Positions 25,179 to 36,283 of a DNA stretch of 64,000 nt are shown here, piece by piece. Positions within the stretch are counted from its first letter, which is position 1, and the number at the start of each line of letters is the position of its first letter. Source of the stretch: Styela clava (Eukaryota); assembly GCF_964204865.1 (NCBI RefSeq), contig NC_135253.1:18662001-18726000 (forward strand). Direction: 5' to 3'. The position numbers and the translations under genes are program-made. The notes beneath the pieces were generated by a model. The model ran no database searches. It was not told where the DNA came from and saw nothing but the letters and a program-made list of their open reading frames with translations.

Positions 25179-26422
25179 ATTGCAATATCATAATAATAAG
25201 CGATTCTATTCAAATATTGCAACATAAATGAATTAGCAATGTTGTTATTTGTTGCACAATGATTCAGTATGTGAAGGGTGTTTATGGATTGATTACTCTT
25301 ATCACTTTTGAGTAATGTAGTTTGGATTTAAGCATAGTTACTCTAGTTGCGATTACAGCTATTTTTGATTGAAATATTAGAATTTCAGTCTCAATTATGG
25401 TAGTAAATTGAATATAGATGTATCTGTAATAAAACAAGATACCAGGGGTTGTGCCAAAGGAACTATTTCTGTACGTTATTTTTGCACCATTTCATTTATT
25501 ATTCTATACACTGTAATTAATCACTTTATATACTGCAATTCGTTAAATTTATATTTTTAGATTTAAATTTTTCTCTATATACGTTTGTAAAAAATCTGTT
25601 TGAAATAACTGTTGTTGAAATTTTTATACTATGTTATTTAGTTCAATTTACTCAATTTTTTTAATATGTTATCATGCATTGTAATTGAATAATCGAATAA
25701 GTTAAGCTCAGAAATATGTGAGATTTGTGAAGATATCGCATACAATATTTATGCTTTAATATAAAGTAATTACTAGACGTAAAAGTAGAACAATCATTGG
25801 TTATTATTGAAGAATGATTTTCCATTACTACAAAGTAATAAATACACAATATGCACACTTGACCAATACCTGCATGATGCTTCTTGATAGACAAGAAGAT
25901 AGTTTAGGTGGAGATAGGAGACCATTCTTCACCAATGTCGTGTTTTTCTGTCCTGCTGAACAAAACTGCTTGTGGACTCTGGAGCAACAAATTGCAATAA
26001 CAACCAACTGTGGTGGTGTCTCTGGAGTGACGTGGTCCTACACTTGTCCCCTATAGGTAAAATGTAACAATAATTATCCGGTCTGTTTCGTTTGTCTTAC
26101 TTTTGAACGACGCTATATTATAGTTACGGTTAGGATGAAATGCCGTATAACCTTTAACGACTGATGCTTTTTAATAGTATCGAAGTTACGGCAAAATGAC
26201 ACTTGAATATTCAACCGTAACCGGTAACGCTTTTTAAAAGTATTGAAGTTCCTCAAATCCTGATTAAGCATTTAACGACGCATTGACGTTTTAATCGCAT
26301 CTTCCGCCTTGACATGTCATGTCAACACAAAAACGGGCTTCAGCAGATAACCAAGTGAGTGACCAAATGTTGCGCTACGAATGCAAGTCTGCTAAAGAGG
26401 TAATTTGGAGCATGTGCTAGAG

Positions 26423-27709
26423 CAGGCCTGGGAAAGTTGCGGGTCACATCCGGTCTTCGGCGACGTTTCATCCGGTCCGCGAGCAGGTTTCTAGATTTAG
26501 ACGCTTTCTTTTTTATTTGCATATGAAATATACTTTCACTGTGAACAAAAAAAAATTTTAGGATAATAAAAACGTTCGACTAATTTTTTTTAAGTCGCTG
26601 ATTGTTTTCGTCAGCTCGAGGTGTTATTTAGACCGTAAACACCTTTACGTCGGTGAATATCTCAAAACACGTGATTATTTTTCAAAACATGTCTTGTATA
26701 CAAAACTGTGAAATCATTGAGAAAAACTAGTTATTATATAATCGTCGATGACAAGTTGCTGAAGAAAGGGTTGAATCTGCATGCAATCTGCGAGTAAATC
26801 TAGATTTTGGAGCGGCAATAAAAAAATCGAAAAATTGAACATGACCAAGTTTTGATTTAGAAGGGTCCCGACAGATTAAAAAACGCTGTTATAGAAATCG
26901 GAAACTGGAAAATTTCATGTGCCCACGACACACATTTTAATTTAATTTTCATGGTACTAAATTCTGAAATGAATTTTACTTGGCAGATGTAGGGATTTTT
27001 CTGATGGTAGAATCTTTAAAACAGAGTCAAGTCATTGTTGCAAGAATAGATCAAATTTGTCGAATTCATGAAATTGCAAAACAGGAATTAAAATAATCTG
27101 GCACTTTACCTCACATTTTATGTCGGCGGAATGCGGTGGCGGAATGCTTTTTATTTTGTCAAAGCAACTGCGGGTTAAGTTAAAACAATAAAGCAAGACA
27201 TTTCAATGTGCCCCTATTGCAAAAATAGGTAATAACACTACGTATATTACGGCGGTTAATCTCACATTTTTATATACATAGATAGCCGTGGTATTTTAGG
27301 GCAGTAGCTTACATTCTAGTCTTTTAAACTTGCAAAGCCTTCCAACGCATTTTCCGCGAGGCTTCACGTCAAAAATGCTACGATGACGCAAAGTTATATG
27401 AATCACGATATTTGGCCACCGAAGGCATGGTCTTAATTCCACATTGTTACTTACTCTTCAGCATTACTATAATATTCGACATTGTTATGCAAGCGTGCGT
27501 TTCTCTGACCCTATCTATGTATTGTCTCGAATTCGCGAGATTTATGTTTTAAACTAGTTTTAACAATTGTGCTTTGAATAAAAATGAGTAAAATAGATAT
27601 AGTATACAGAATACAATAAAAAGACGCAATTGACTTTATTTAGTCCGACCTGCCACTGCATTTCGAATATTCAATGTTGCCCGATAGCAAAAATAATTGC
27701 CCAGCCCTG
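26423..27709. mobile_element. Non-autonomous hAT (Charlie-like) element
   Basis: CAGGCCTGGGAAA / TTGCCCAGCCCTG termini; imperfect TSD TGCTAGAG/TGCAAAAG. Confidence 0.55.
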
Positions 27710-27829
27710 TGCAAAAGAGAACTTTTGTACAAAGCATCCTAGTCTGAAACTTTAGGGTATACCCATTACCCATTAATCCAACAGAAGTCCAAGCTTAAAT
27801 AAAAATTAACTATTTATTTTTTATTTTGT

Positions 27830-27990
27830 AGTTAAAATTAAAAAATTGATGGGTTCTCAGAGTAGCTCAGTGGTAAACGAGAAAATTAATTTTTTCCCTA
27901 ATAAAAAGAATAAAAAACTAAAAAGGAAAAGAACAACAGCAACGAAATAATAACAAAACGATCTATGTGCACATTTCGTGTCCAATAATC
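27830..27990. repeat. Dispersed repeat ending in GTCCAATAA (also about 50800-50920 and 53660-54030)
   Basis: Shared aacaacaa-rich tract followed by aaaacRat...gtccaataa; two copies also share an aaaaaa.t.ratgggt.ct start. Confidence 0.5.
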
Positions 27991-28317
27991 AGTACGTATT
28001 TTATTTATCATTACATCATAGACTGAATTATTAGCTTGTATTTATCACTCCGGTGATTACCATGGATTGGACTGAAGTATGCGCAAAAGAGAAAAAGTAG
28101 GCTTTTTTTTCGCGATATGGTTCGCCAAACTGTTGTCTATGGACCTATGGTAGTATGGTTACTTATAAACGATGAATTTGGTACAAAAATGGTTAACAAG
28201 GGTTTCTGGAGATTGCAGCTAGATTCCTGTGGATGTGACTTATAAAAAACCATATCATATGTTTTCATGAGCAAAACGCAGACCTAGAAGAATACTAACA
28301 ACAACAATTTAACAACA

Positions 28318-28423
28318 CCGAAACGGTAACCGGTCGAGAAGCCGTAGTTGCCATATGGTCAAACCTTCATATCGTCTTTTCTCTGCCCCGGGATAAATAT
28401 GTAGATCTTTTTCTATCCTATCC
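28318..28423 (+). mobile_element. SINE-like retroposon, 3' fragment
   Basis: cggtaaccgg..gaga.gccgtagttgccatat...ccccgggataaatatgtagatc followed by a (ctatc)n tail. Confidence 0.65.
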
Positions 28424-28559
28424 TAACAGAGACTAATTATTTCGTGTCCAATAATACGCGGTCCATAGTAGATTTACCATCTGCATCAGGTATATATGGG
28501 CTTTGATCTGCATGGTTGCATAGCACCACCCTGCGGCCTTCAGATACGGCCACCAGTTA

Positions 28560-28860
28560 GTTCACATCGGAAGTTCTGAACTCAGTTCCGGATTTACCGA
28601 CGTCATAGCGCAGTACCGGTACCGTACAGACAGGATTATCTAATTTACCCCTCGTGTTAAAGGCTTCAGTTCCTGGATCACTTTCTAGTGCTTTTAGTGT
28701 GAATCTTGTTTTGTCAAGTACTGTATATAATTATCTAGAATAATATATTTATAGTCATCGTTATCTTAAGAAGAAAGCCGCCGAGCGGCTTCATTACCGG
28801 TACCGGTATACAGGGACGGTACCGGTAATGCGATAGCGTAGGTACCGGTACACCAAAATT
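28560..28860 (+). promoter_or_regulatory. Probable USP40 promoter/5' region
   Basis: CpG-rich patch with ETS-like CGGAAGT, CRE-like GACGTCA and a cluster of TACCGGTA/GGTACC palindromes, about 1.6 kb upstream of the ATG. Confidence 0.4.
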
Positions 28861-29276
28861 AGCCAAAAAAATTTGCGGAAAGTGGGCAGTTTTTTTTTGT
28901 TGCAACATGACTTAATACGACCCCTACTTCAGTACTTGCGCCTTTTGCCCGAACAAGGCCATATAAAGATAGCCACCGAATATCTAACGAATCTCTGAAC
29001 AGATGAGCTTCGCTGTCAAAGTTATCCAAGCTTTAAACAGTTAAAAGAGCACATTTTCGTCTATCTCCGTTAGTTCACTTGAATGAAGGATTATTATTTC
29101 GTGAGTTATTATTAGGATAGGATTTACATATTTTTCCAGAGAGAGAGAGGAAAGTTGATAAAACGGCTTAAACATATGGCACACGACGGCCTCTCTTATT
29201 TCTGGAAAAATCAAAAGTTTTGCAAATCTAAAAAGGCAAGTAAATTCTAGCTGGTTTATAGTCCAGCTCAATTTTT

Positions 29277-30204
29277 GAGTTGGAGTTCTGAGGCGCAGTT
29301 CTTACCACTTCATGGCAGCTCCTGCCACGAACGTACCACGCCGTCTCCTGCCATGGTTTTATGGCGCTATTACCGGTATATTTACAAATTCATGTACCAT
29401 ATTTTAGTTTATCATGCGAAATTATATCTACTTAAACCCTAACCCTAACCCCAAATCCATCCAAACTGTATCCATAAGAAAAACATTCCAACTCACCAAA
29501 TATTTATCACCATCAGCAGATTAGGGGCAGCCCTGCTATTACAGCCGACCTGCCGTGGTTACGGCAGTAAAATTGGTGGTATTCGATTTGCTGCCGTAAC
29601 CACGGCAGCTCGCTATTGGTTTGTGGCAGCTAAAAAGTCAGTCGCCGTGGGTTTGGTCTTAGTGGCCGTGGTTTGGAAATCCCGCCATGGTTTTGCGACA
29701 GCTGTAGACGCCACAAAATACTTGAAACTGCACTTGGGAGTTCTTACCACTTCATGGCAGCTCCTGGCACGAACGAACTGCGGCGTCTCTTGCCATGCAG
29801 CCATGGTCTTATGGCACTTTTCAGTAATGAGTATTACCGGTATATTCACAAAGTCATGTAGTCTACCAAATTCACGAAATTTGAGTTTGTCATGCAGAAT
29901 TATATCTACCTAAACCTGAAACCTAACCCCAAATCAATCAAAGCTGTATCCATAAGAAAAATGTTCCAACTTACCCAATATTCGTCACCATCAGGGGCAG
30001 CCCTGCCATGACAGCCGACATGCCTTGGTTACGTCAGCAAAATTTTACCCGCTATTCTGGCTATTGGTTTTCAATTTGCTGCCGCGGTAACGGCATCTTG
30101 CCATTTGTTTGTGGCAGCTAAAAAGTCAGTCGCCGTGGTTTGGCCATGGCGGCCATAGTTTTGCGGCAGCTTCAGCTGCCACAAAATACTTAAAACTGCA
30201 CTTG
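29277..30204. mobile_element. Self-nested pair of ~450-bp non-autonomous DNA transposons
   Basis: Outer copy has TSD CAATTTTT (29269-29276, 30205-30212). Inner copy 29290-29736 has TSD GGAGTTCT (29282-29289, 29737-29744). Both end in AACTGCACTTG. Confidence 0.9.
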
Positions 30205-30366
30205 CAATTTTTGCCAACTTGTTCAGAAAACTTAGATAGAGTTTCATTTTTACAGAAAAATATTCTTGATATAATGCTTAAAGTTGAACAATGAAGTTAA
30301 CAATGATTTAGAGTTCTGTTCAACATTGAAATGTTTCTTTTGATGGATTGGCCGACTACAGAATAG

Positions 30367-33300
30367 ATGTTTGGTAACATGTTTGAGGAGCCAGAGATGG
30401 AGGAAGAGAAAGGAAAAGCTTCAAGTCCTGCGAAAATAAATGGGAGCAAGGTTGAGGCACCTCCGCCTGGAAGGGGAGAGACTGGTTTTTGTGGAATTAA
30501 AAATCAAGGAGCTACGTGTTATTTAAACTCTCTTATTCAAACGTTGTTACTAACTCCCGAGTTACGAGAAGAATTATTTCGATTGGGACCTGACGAGTTG
30601 GGAAAATTGCAAGATGTAAAAAAGAAAAATGCTAAAGTTCGGAAAATTCCAATTCAATTACAGATGCTATTGGCCAGACTTTTATTGCTTGACCAGTATG
30701 CTTGCACTACTGAGGGGCTGACCGAGAGCTTTGGATGGGTAGATAGTGAGGAGTTACAACAACATGACGTCCAAGAGTTGAGTAGAATATTATTTTGTGC
30801 TATTGAAGATTCTTTGATTGGAACCTCTGGGCATGATATTATAAAAAACCTGTATCGTGGTACATCTGCCAACACAATAACTTGTCTAAGCTGTGGAAAA
30901 GTGAGTGAAAATACGGAAGATTTCTTAGATCTTAACATTGCTATTTCCTCGCACAGCAATCTTGCAGCAGTACTTCGTGATATGTTTGTTGATACTGAAC
31001 TAATGAATGGAAAAAATCAATATCGTTGCGATCAATGTCAAAAACTTGTTGATGCTAGAAAAGGAGCCGTGATAAAAACCCTTCCACCTATATTAACGAT
31101 CTCATTGCTGAGATTTAGCTTCGATTATAACACATTTCGAAGGTTCAAAGAAACTAGGAAATTTGAATTCCCGCTATCACTCAGTATGAAGTCCTATTGT
31201 GAAAAGACGTGTGATGAAAAATCTGCATGTTATGATTATGAATTGTATTCTGTAATTATTCATTCGGGTAGCGCCCATGGTGGGCATTATCATGCATACA
31301 TTCGCGATATTGATGGTCTGGGGACTGTCCCTCCTAATTATAACCCCACTCCACCTAAAATCATACCACCCATGCCAGAAAAAAGTGATGCAGCAGCTTG
31401 TGATTATATTGAAGACCCACTTGATATGCTTGCATATGTTTTAGGCAAACTCGGTGGAGAAAACGTCCCAATGAATAAATTGGGTGAAGCGTTTCGAGAT
31501 GAAAGTGGAACATCGTGGGGTAAACAGTACAAAAGAAAATACGGCACAATGACTAAATTCTTACAGAGCTGCTATGATACTTTTATTGTCGATACAAGAA
31601 CGAAAACAGTATCATTTCGAAGCAATATTGGAAAATCATCATCTGAGATGAATAATTCTGAATCACCTGTATATCCACAATCATGTGAAAATGGTGCTGG
31701 TGGTGATGCAAGCCGACAATATAAATCTACTGAACTGGTGAACGGGGTTACGGACACCAACATTGAAGATTCTGGTTTTAATGGAAATGTCGTGAGTGAA
31801 CCTATTGCTATCGAATCTGACACTGCAGATGACACCGACACACATCCGCTATGTAATGTCTGGTTTGATTTCAATGACTCTCACGTTAAACCTATTACAA
31901 CCCATGATATTATCACTCAATATGAGGGACGCGAGAGTGCTTATATGTTGTTTTATAGAAGAAAGGATCTTAAGAGACCATTAGAATCGCTTGGTAATTT
32001 GACTAATGGCATTCCTGACCATATAAGAGCAAAAATACAAGAGGAAAATTGTGATTTGGATGAACTACGAAATGAATATGATGTTTATTTAAACGTCGTA
32101 ACAGTGCGAGTTTTCTTCCCCAAAATGTTGAAGCTTGAAAATGGTTTGATTAAATTAATTGACCCAGAGAACAAAGGCCCAAACGAGTGTGGGTTTTCTT
32201 ATTCAATCGACAGACGGAAAAACATTGGAGACATGGTAGAGGAATTAACGCAGATGGCAGAAAAACATCAGGACGATACTTCTAATAAAGATTGTGAAAA
32301 AATACAATGCAATATAATGAAAATACTCGGCCATGGTGGCATTCACATATACGAACAAATTGACTCTAATTTGAGCACACCCATAAATGAATCTCTACTC
32401 GAGAACGGAGTGAACGTCATTTTATGGGACGGCGATAAGTTAGAGGGGGTGGAAGTAAAATTTGGTGAACTGAATGAACCCATTGTACTTGATGTTCATT
32501 GCAGAATCTCTGGTGATGACAGTCTGGTTTCTTTTCATTTCAAAGGTATTACTTTCGGTAATGTTATCATAAGTGAACTGCAAGATTATTTTCTACAAAA
32601 ATTTAAGTTGCAAACTGTGACCCAAAGTAAACTTGGAACTAAAGGAGAAAATGACAACCTGGTTGAATTCAAAGAAAATGAACTTGGAAAAACTTTAAGA
32701 GAAGTGACCAAGTCATTCGATGAAAATTTAATTCTTGAAATATCACTTCCAAATGATGATATGTCTCAAAATGGAAATAAAGATGACGACTTAACTTTAA
32801 AAATTGTGCCGGGAGAGAAACTAGAACAAACACTGTTTGCGTCCAGGTATTTTGATTCTCCTGATAATATTTTCATAACAACGGCCATAAGTGGAACCGT
32901 GAAAGTAAATTCATACATTCGAGTTGAACATTTGAAATTTTCTATGTTGCATTGGCTCTTACCTGACTTCAAGAATGATTACGAGCTAGATAACCTCCAT
33001 TTGTATATTCAAAAATCTTCTGAGGATGTTTCTGACAGTTTGAAACTGTGCTTACATGAAAAACAAAGCCTGCTTCAGGCAGGGTTATCCAGCAGTGTGG
33101 AATCTGTGAGACTAGAGATTGGACAGCCTATTGATAAAAAAGAGTATCATGTAACTGTTTATATTCAAAACGGAAGTAAGTTGAAATTACCTGTTAAAAA
33201 GTCTCAAGCTGTTCATGCTGTATTAAACAAGAATTGCACTGTGAATCAGTTCATCGATAAAATTGTTTTAGAGCACAATCTTTCGGATGGGATACGACAT

Positions 33301-34398
33301 CTTAGAATATTAAAATCAGAAAAAGAAGCCGGTGAAATATTAACAAGCCCAGAAGCAGTCATTGAAAAAACATCTATAAAACATGGTTCTACTCTTGTTC
33401 TTTGTCCGGGAGGTATTCCATCTGATGGTCAAATTGGAATTCCAGTTTGGTATTATCCTAAAAGATCTTCGTTTGAAGATGTCTTATCTGAAATAGAGCA
33501 TGGTGCTAACCTATCTGTTTGGAATCCATTTTTGAATGAAATAAGGACGCAACCAAAATTAGCTGGCTCTGTTGAGGTAGAAAAAGATGCAACTTTATTT
33601 GATCTAAAGCAAGAAATTGTTAAGCTCGGTTTTTTTGTTGAAAAGAATTTGATTAAAATCGAAGATATTTGTCTTCGTTCAATTTCACATAAATTTCCAT
33701 CTCGTTTTCATTTACAAGAAAATTCCAGTATAAAGCGGTTACGTCTTGGATCAAACACACCTATTGCTGTCCAAAAGACTGAGGCTTTGCCCAAACCAGA
33801 ATGTGTAATACTAAACCTTTTGTTTCAAATACCAGGAAGCAGAGATTATACTAATGCTTGTGAACTAAATTGGGAGAAATCGCACCCACTTGCACGACTT
33901 CCTGCCATGCTGAGTGAAAAATTAAACATTCCTATTAAAGAATTACTTCTTGCAAAAAGAGGAGAAGAACCTTGGGAATGGGATATTATCAAAGCAAAAG
34001 ATTGCGATCAAAAATCAAAAGATGCAAAAAATAAATCTAAAAAAGGTGCTAAGCAAAAAAAGGCTCAGGGAAAATCAAACAAAAACAAAAAATTGAGTGG
34101 TGGAAAAACTGGACAAGCTATACTGTCCCCTCTCGATGGAGACCTGATTCGCGTTAAACACATCTCTCCTGAGTTGCAAACATCGGAAAGTCCAGAGGTT
34201 TCTGATTTCCGAACTGAGGAAGATTTAACACTGAGAAAGAAACATGAGGATTCTAAATCAAGGGAAACAAATGGACATACTCCTCAAATTGAGGATGGAA
34301 ATTCTGAGGCAAGCACTACTTCTCCGAGTTCTGAAACAAAGAAAACTTCCAAAGTCAGAAAAGAAGAAACTTTAAAGATTCATGTCGACAAGTTTTGA
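30367..34398 (+). CDS. USP40: Ubiquitin carboxyl-terminal hydrolase 40 (1343 aa, single-exon CDS)
   Basis: N-terminus MFGNMFEE; Cys box GIKNQGATCYLNS; QHDVQELSRILF; His box HSGSAHGGHYHAYIRD; WFDFNDSHV; YEGRESAYMLFYRRK; C-terminal E-x-LKIHV. All typical of USP40. Confidence 0.93.
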   Translation: MFGNMFEEPEMEEEKGKASSPAKINGSKVEAPPPGRGETGFCGIKNQGATCYLNSLIQTLLLTPELREELFRLGPDELGKLQDVKKKNAKVRKIPIQLQMLLARLLLLDQYACTTEGLTESFGWVDSEELQQHDVQELSRILFCAIEDSLIGTSGHDIIKNLYRGTSANTITCLSCGKVSENTEDFLDLNIAISSHSNLAAVLRDMFVDTELMNGKNQYRCDQCQKLVDARKGAVIKTLPPILTISLLRFSFDYNTFRRFKETRKFEFPLSLSMKSYCEKTCDEKSACYDYELYSVIIHSGSAHGGHYHAYIRDIDGLGTVPPNYNPTPPKIIPPMPEKSDAAACDYIEDPLDMLAYVLGKLGGENVPMNKLGEAFRDESGTSWGKQYKRKYGTMTKFLQSCYDTFIVDTRTKTVSFRSNIGKSSSEMNNSESPVYPQSCENGAGGDASRQYKSTELVNGVTDTNIEDSGFNGNVVSEPIAIESDTADDTDTHPLCNVWFDFNDSHVKPITTHDIITQYEGRESAYMLFYRRKDLKRPLESLGNLTNGIPDHIRAKIQEENCDLDELRNEYDVYLNVVTVRVFFPKMLKLENGLIKLIDPENKGPNECGFSYSIDRRKNIGDMVEELTQMAEKHQDDTSNKDCEKIQCNIMKILGHGGIHIYEQIDSNLSTPINESLLENGVNVILWDGDKLEGVEVKFGELNEPIVLDVHCRISGDDSLVSFHFKGITFGNVIISELQDYFLQKFKLQTVTQSKLGTKGENDNLVEFKENELGKTLREVTKSFDENLILEISLPNDDMSQNGNKDDDLTLKIVPGEKLEQTLFASRYFDSPDNIFITTAISGTVKVNSYIRVEHLKFSMLHWLLPDFKNDYELDNLHLYIQKSSEDVSDSLKLCLHEKQSLLQAGLSSSVESVRLEIGQPIDKKEYHVTVYIQNGSKLKLPVKKSQAVHAVLNKNCTVNQFIDKIVLEHNLSDGIRHLRILKSEKEAGEILTSPEAVIEKTSIKHGSTLVLCPGGIPSDGQIGIPVWYYPKRSSFEDVLSEIEHGANLSVWNPFLNEIRTQPKLAGSVEVEKDATLFDLKQEIVKLGFFVEKNLIKIEDICLRSISHKFPSRFHLQENSSIKRLRLGSNTPIAVQKTEALPKPECVILNLLFQIPGSRDYTNACELNWEKSHPLARLPAMLSEKLNIPIKELLLAKRGEEPWEWDIIKAKDCDQKSKDAKNKSKKGAKQKKAQGKSNKNKKLSGGKTGQAILSPLDGDLIRVKHISPELQTSESPEVSDFRTEEDLTLRKKHEDSKSRETNGHTPQIEDGNSEASTTSPSSETKKTSKVRKEETLKIHVDKF

Positions 34399-34806
34399 TT
34401 TCTTACTCTTGAAATGTCATTTTTCACTTCATATTTTTGAGACACAATAATAACTCAAATTTTTAAAACAGTATTACTTTAAATGTAATTTGCCTATAAA
34501 ATGGACTAATTCGAACATGTTTCTTGTCGGACATTCTTGTTGTGGTCGATTTCTTTACTACCTAAGAATAACATTTAGAATTTGATGTAGAAATTGGCCA
34601 GTAAATTGTATTTATGCATTAAAATATTGTTATTGAGATGTTCTGAGCCATCATTTACAATGCCATTGTAATTTAACCTGTAAGAACCTTTAACAATATA
34701 GTGTGATTATGCAATTTTCTGTAGTTGTTTATTTAACTTTTTCCAAATGCTTCCCAGTTTATGGGGATTGTGATATGCTCAATTCAGAATATAATAAGAA
34801 GCAATA

Positions 34807-35018
34807 CAGGGTGTCCAAAAAGTTTCACCAGATTAAAAAGTCTTTATAATCAAGTGTTATTTTTTTTTTTAATTTTGGAAAAGATTTATAGTCAACCTGT
34901 TTCTAATTGGATGGTATAGATGTTGAATGTTGTAGTCCCTATTTATCATACAACAAAATTTATTCAAATTTGCAATTGGTAATGCTATGAAATCGGGCGG
35001 AACTTTTTGGACACCCTG
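34807..35018. mobile_element. Tc1/mariner-like MITE
   Basis: TA-flanked TIR CAGGGTGTCCAAAAAGTT / AACTTTTTGGACACCCTG; sister copy at 62730-62937. Confidence 0.9.
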
Positions 35019-36283
35019 TATATTAGTGTGATGCTTCTCTCCACTACTGCTCTAAATCATTCAATTATCGAAATTATTACTAATTGTTTCTGAAACAGTA
35101 ACCATATTCTGTATTAACTAGTTCAAAAGAAATAGAAAAAAAACACAGCCCAACCTCTTCTATATACCTTTTTATATTTTTGTTGTTGAATTTCTTATCG
35201 TGAATAGAATGAAGGGAGAATTGGAATTTGCCTCAGCCTCCATCATTTGTCAATTCTAAGGTTCTAGTTTTCATGTTTTAGTTTGAAAACTCTGGTTGAC
35301 AGTTATGTGCCCACCAACTCCATCACAGGGTCATACTTGTCTGAATACAGTTGATGCTTTCTCAGAGCCTTGCTTAGAGAAAATTCTTATATTTTGCTGC
35401 AAAGTTTCTTTCTATTGTTATCTGCCAATTTTTTCTCTCGCCGAGCCTGTAGTGTATTTTTTTGTTCCAATTACCAATGTGCCTAATATAGTATTTCTGC
35501 TATCTTATTTATTTTTCTATTAACTTGTAATATTACTATAAGATGCTTATTGCTCGGCTTTCTTTAGTACGAATTTTTATTTCAACACTGTTATTGCAAA
35601 CAATGATGCTCCTCTTATGATTGTTATTGTAAAATATCATGCGCATGTTTAAACTATCGCCATCAGGAGTATATGACTGCTTTAACAGGGATAAAAAGAT
35701 TGTTTTCATCTGTATCTGCCCTTATATTCTCAATTTGGAAATTATTCATTTAAGATGTGCTATCGATTAGGTTTTTGTGGGACTATTTACCTATTCTTCT
35801 TTCTGTGCTTTTGCGTCGGTGGGTCCGTATGCATGCTGCAGCAACATTGAACTATCCGAAGTAATTTAAAATTTTTGCTGCACACCAACACAAATATGTT
35901 TCTGTAATATTTCTTTAAACACAAGGACAGACATGAAATATTTGTTTGAGATATGTTGAAAGGAGCATGATTCTCATTAGGTCGCTTTCGTTTCGTCTAA
36001 ATTGGGAAATATTCCTCAGTTTGTTTGATGTGTGACCCCTTGTCGAAGTATATTGCCTGCAAGGCTGCAATTATAGGAAATGTTCCAGTTTTGTAGTTTC
36101 TAATCATTCTTTAAAAAAATTTCCTTTCTTTTATTTAAAATGTTATATTATCATAATTGCTGCATAACACTTGAACATATTAAACTTGAAAGTTTCATTT
36201 CACTGCTATGTTTTTCTATTATTAGCCAACTTAGAAATGTATTCATCATAACTAATCAATTTGGCTCATTTTCTGATTGAAAT

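Noticed and set aside
25870-26050. GC-richer minus-strand segment with good AG/GT ends (possible lncRNA exon divergent from the USP40 promoter)
   Set aside because: Stops in all three frames and no snoRNA or other cargo recognised; cannot be supported without expression data.
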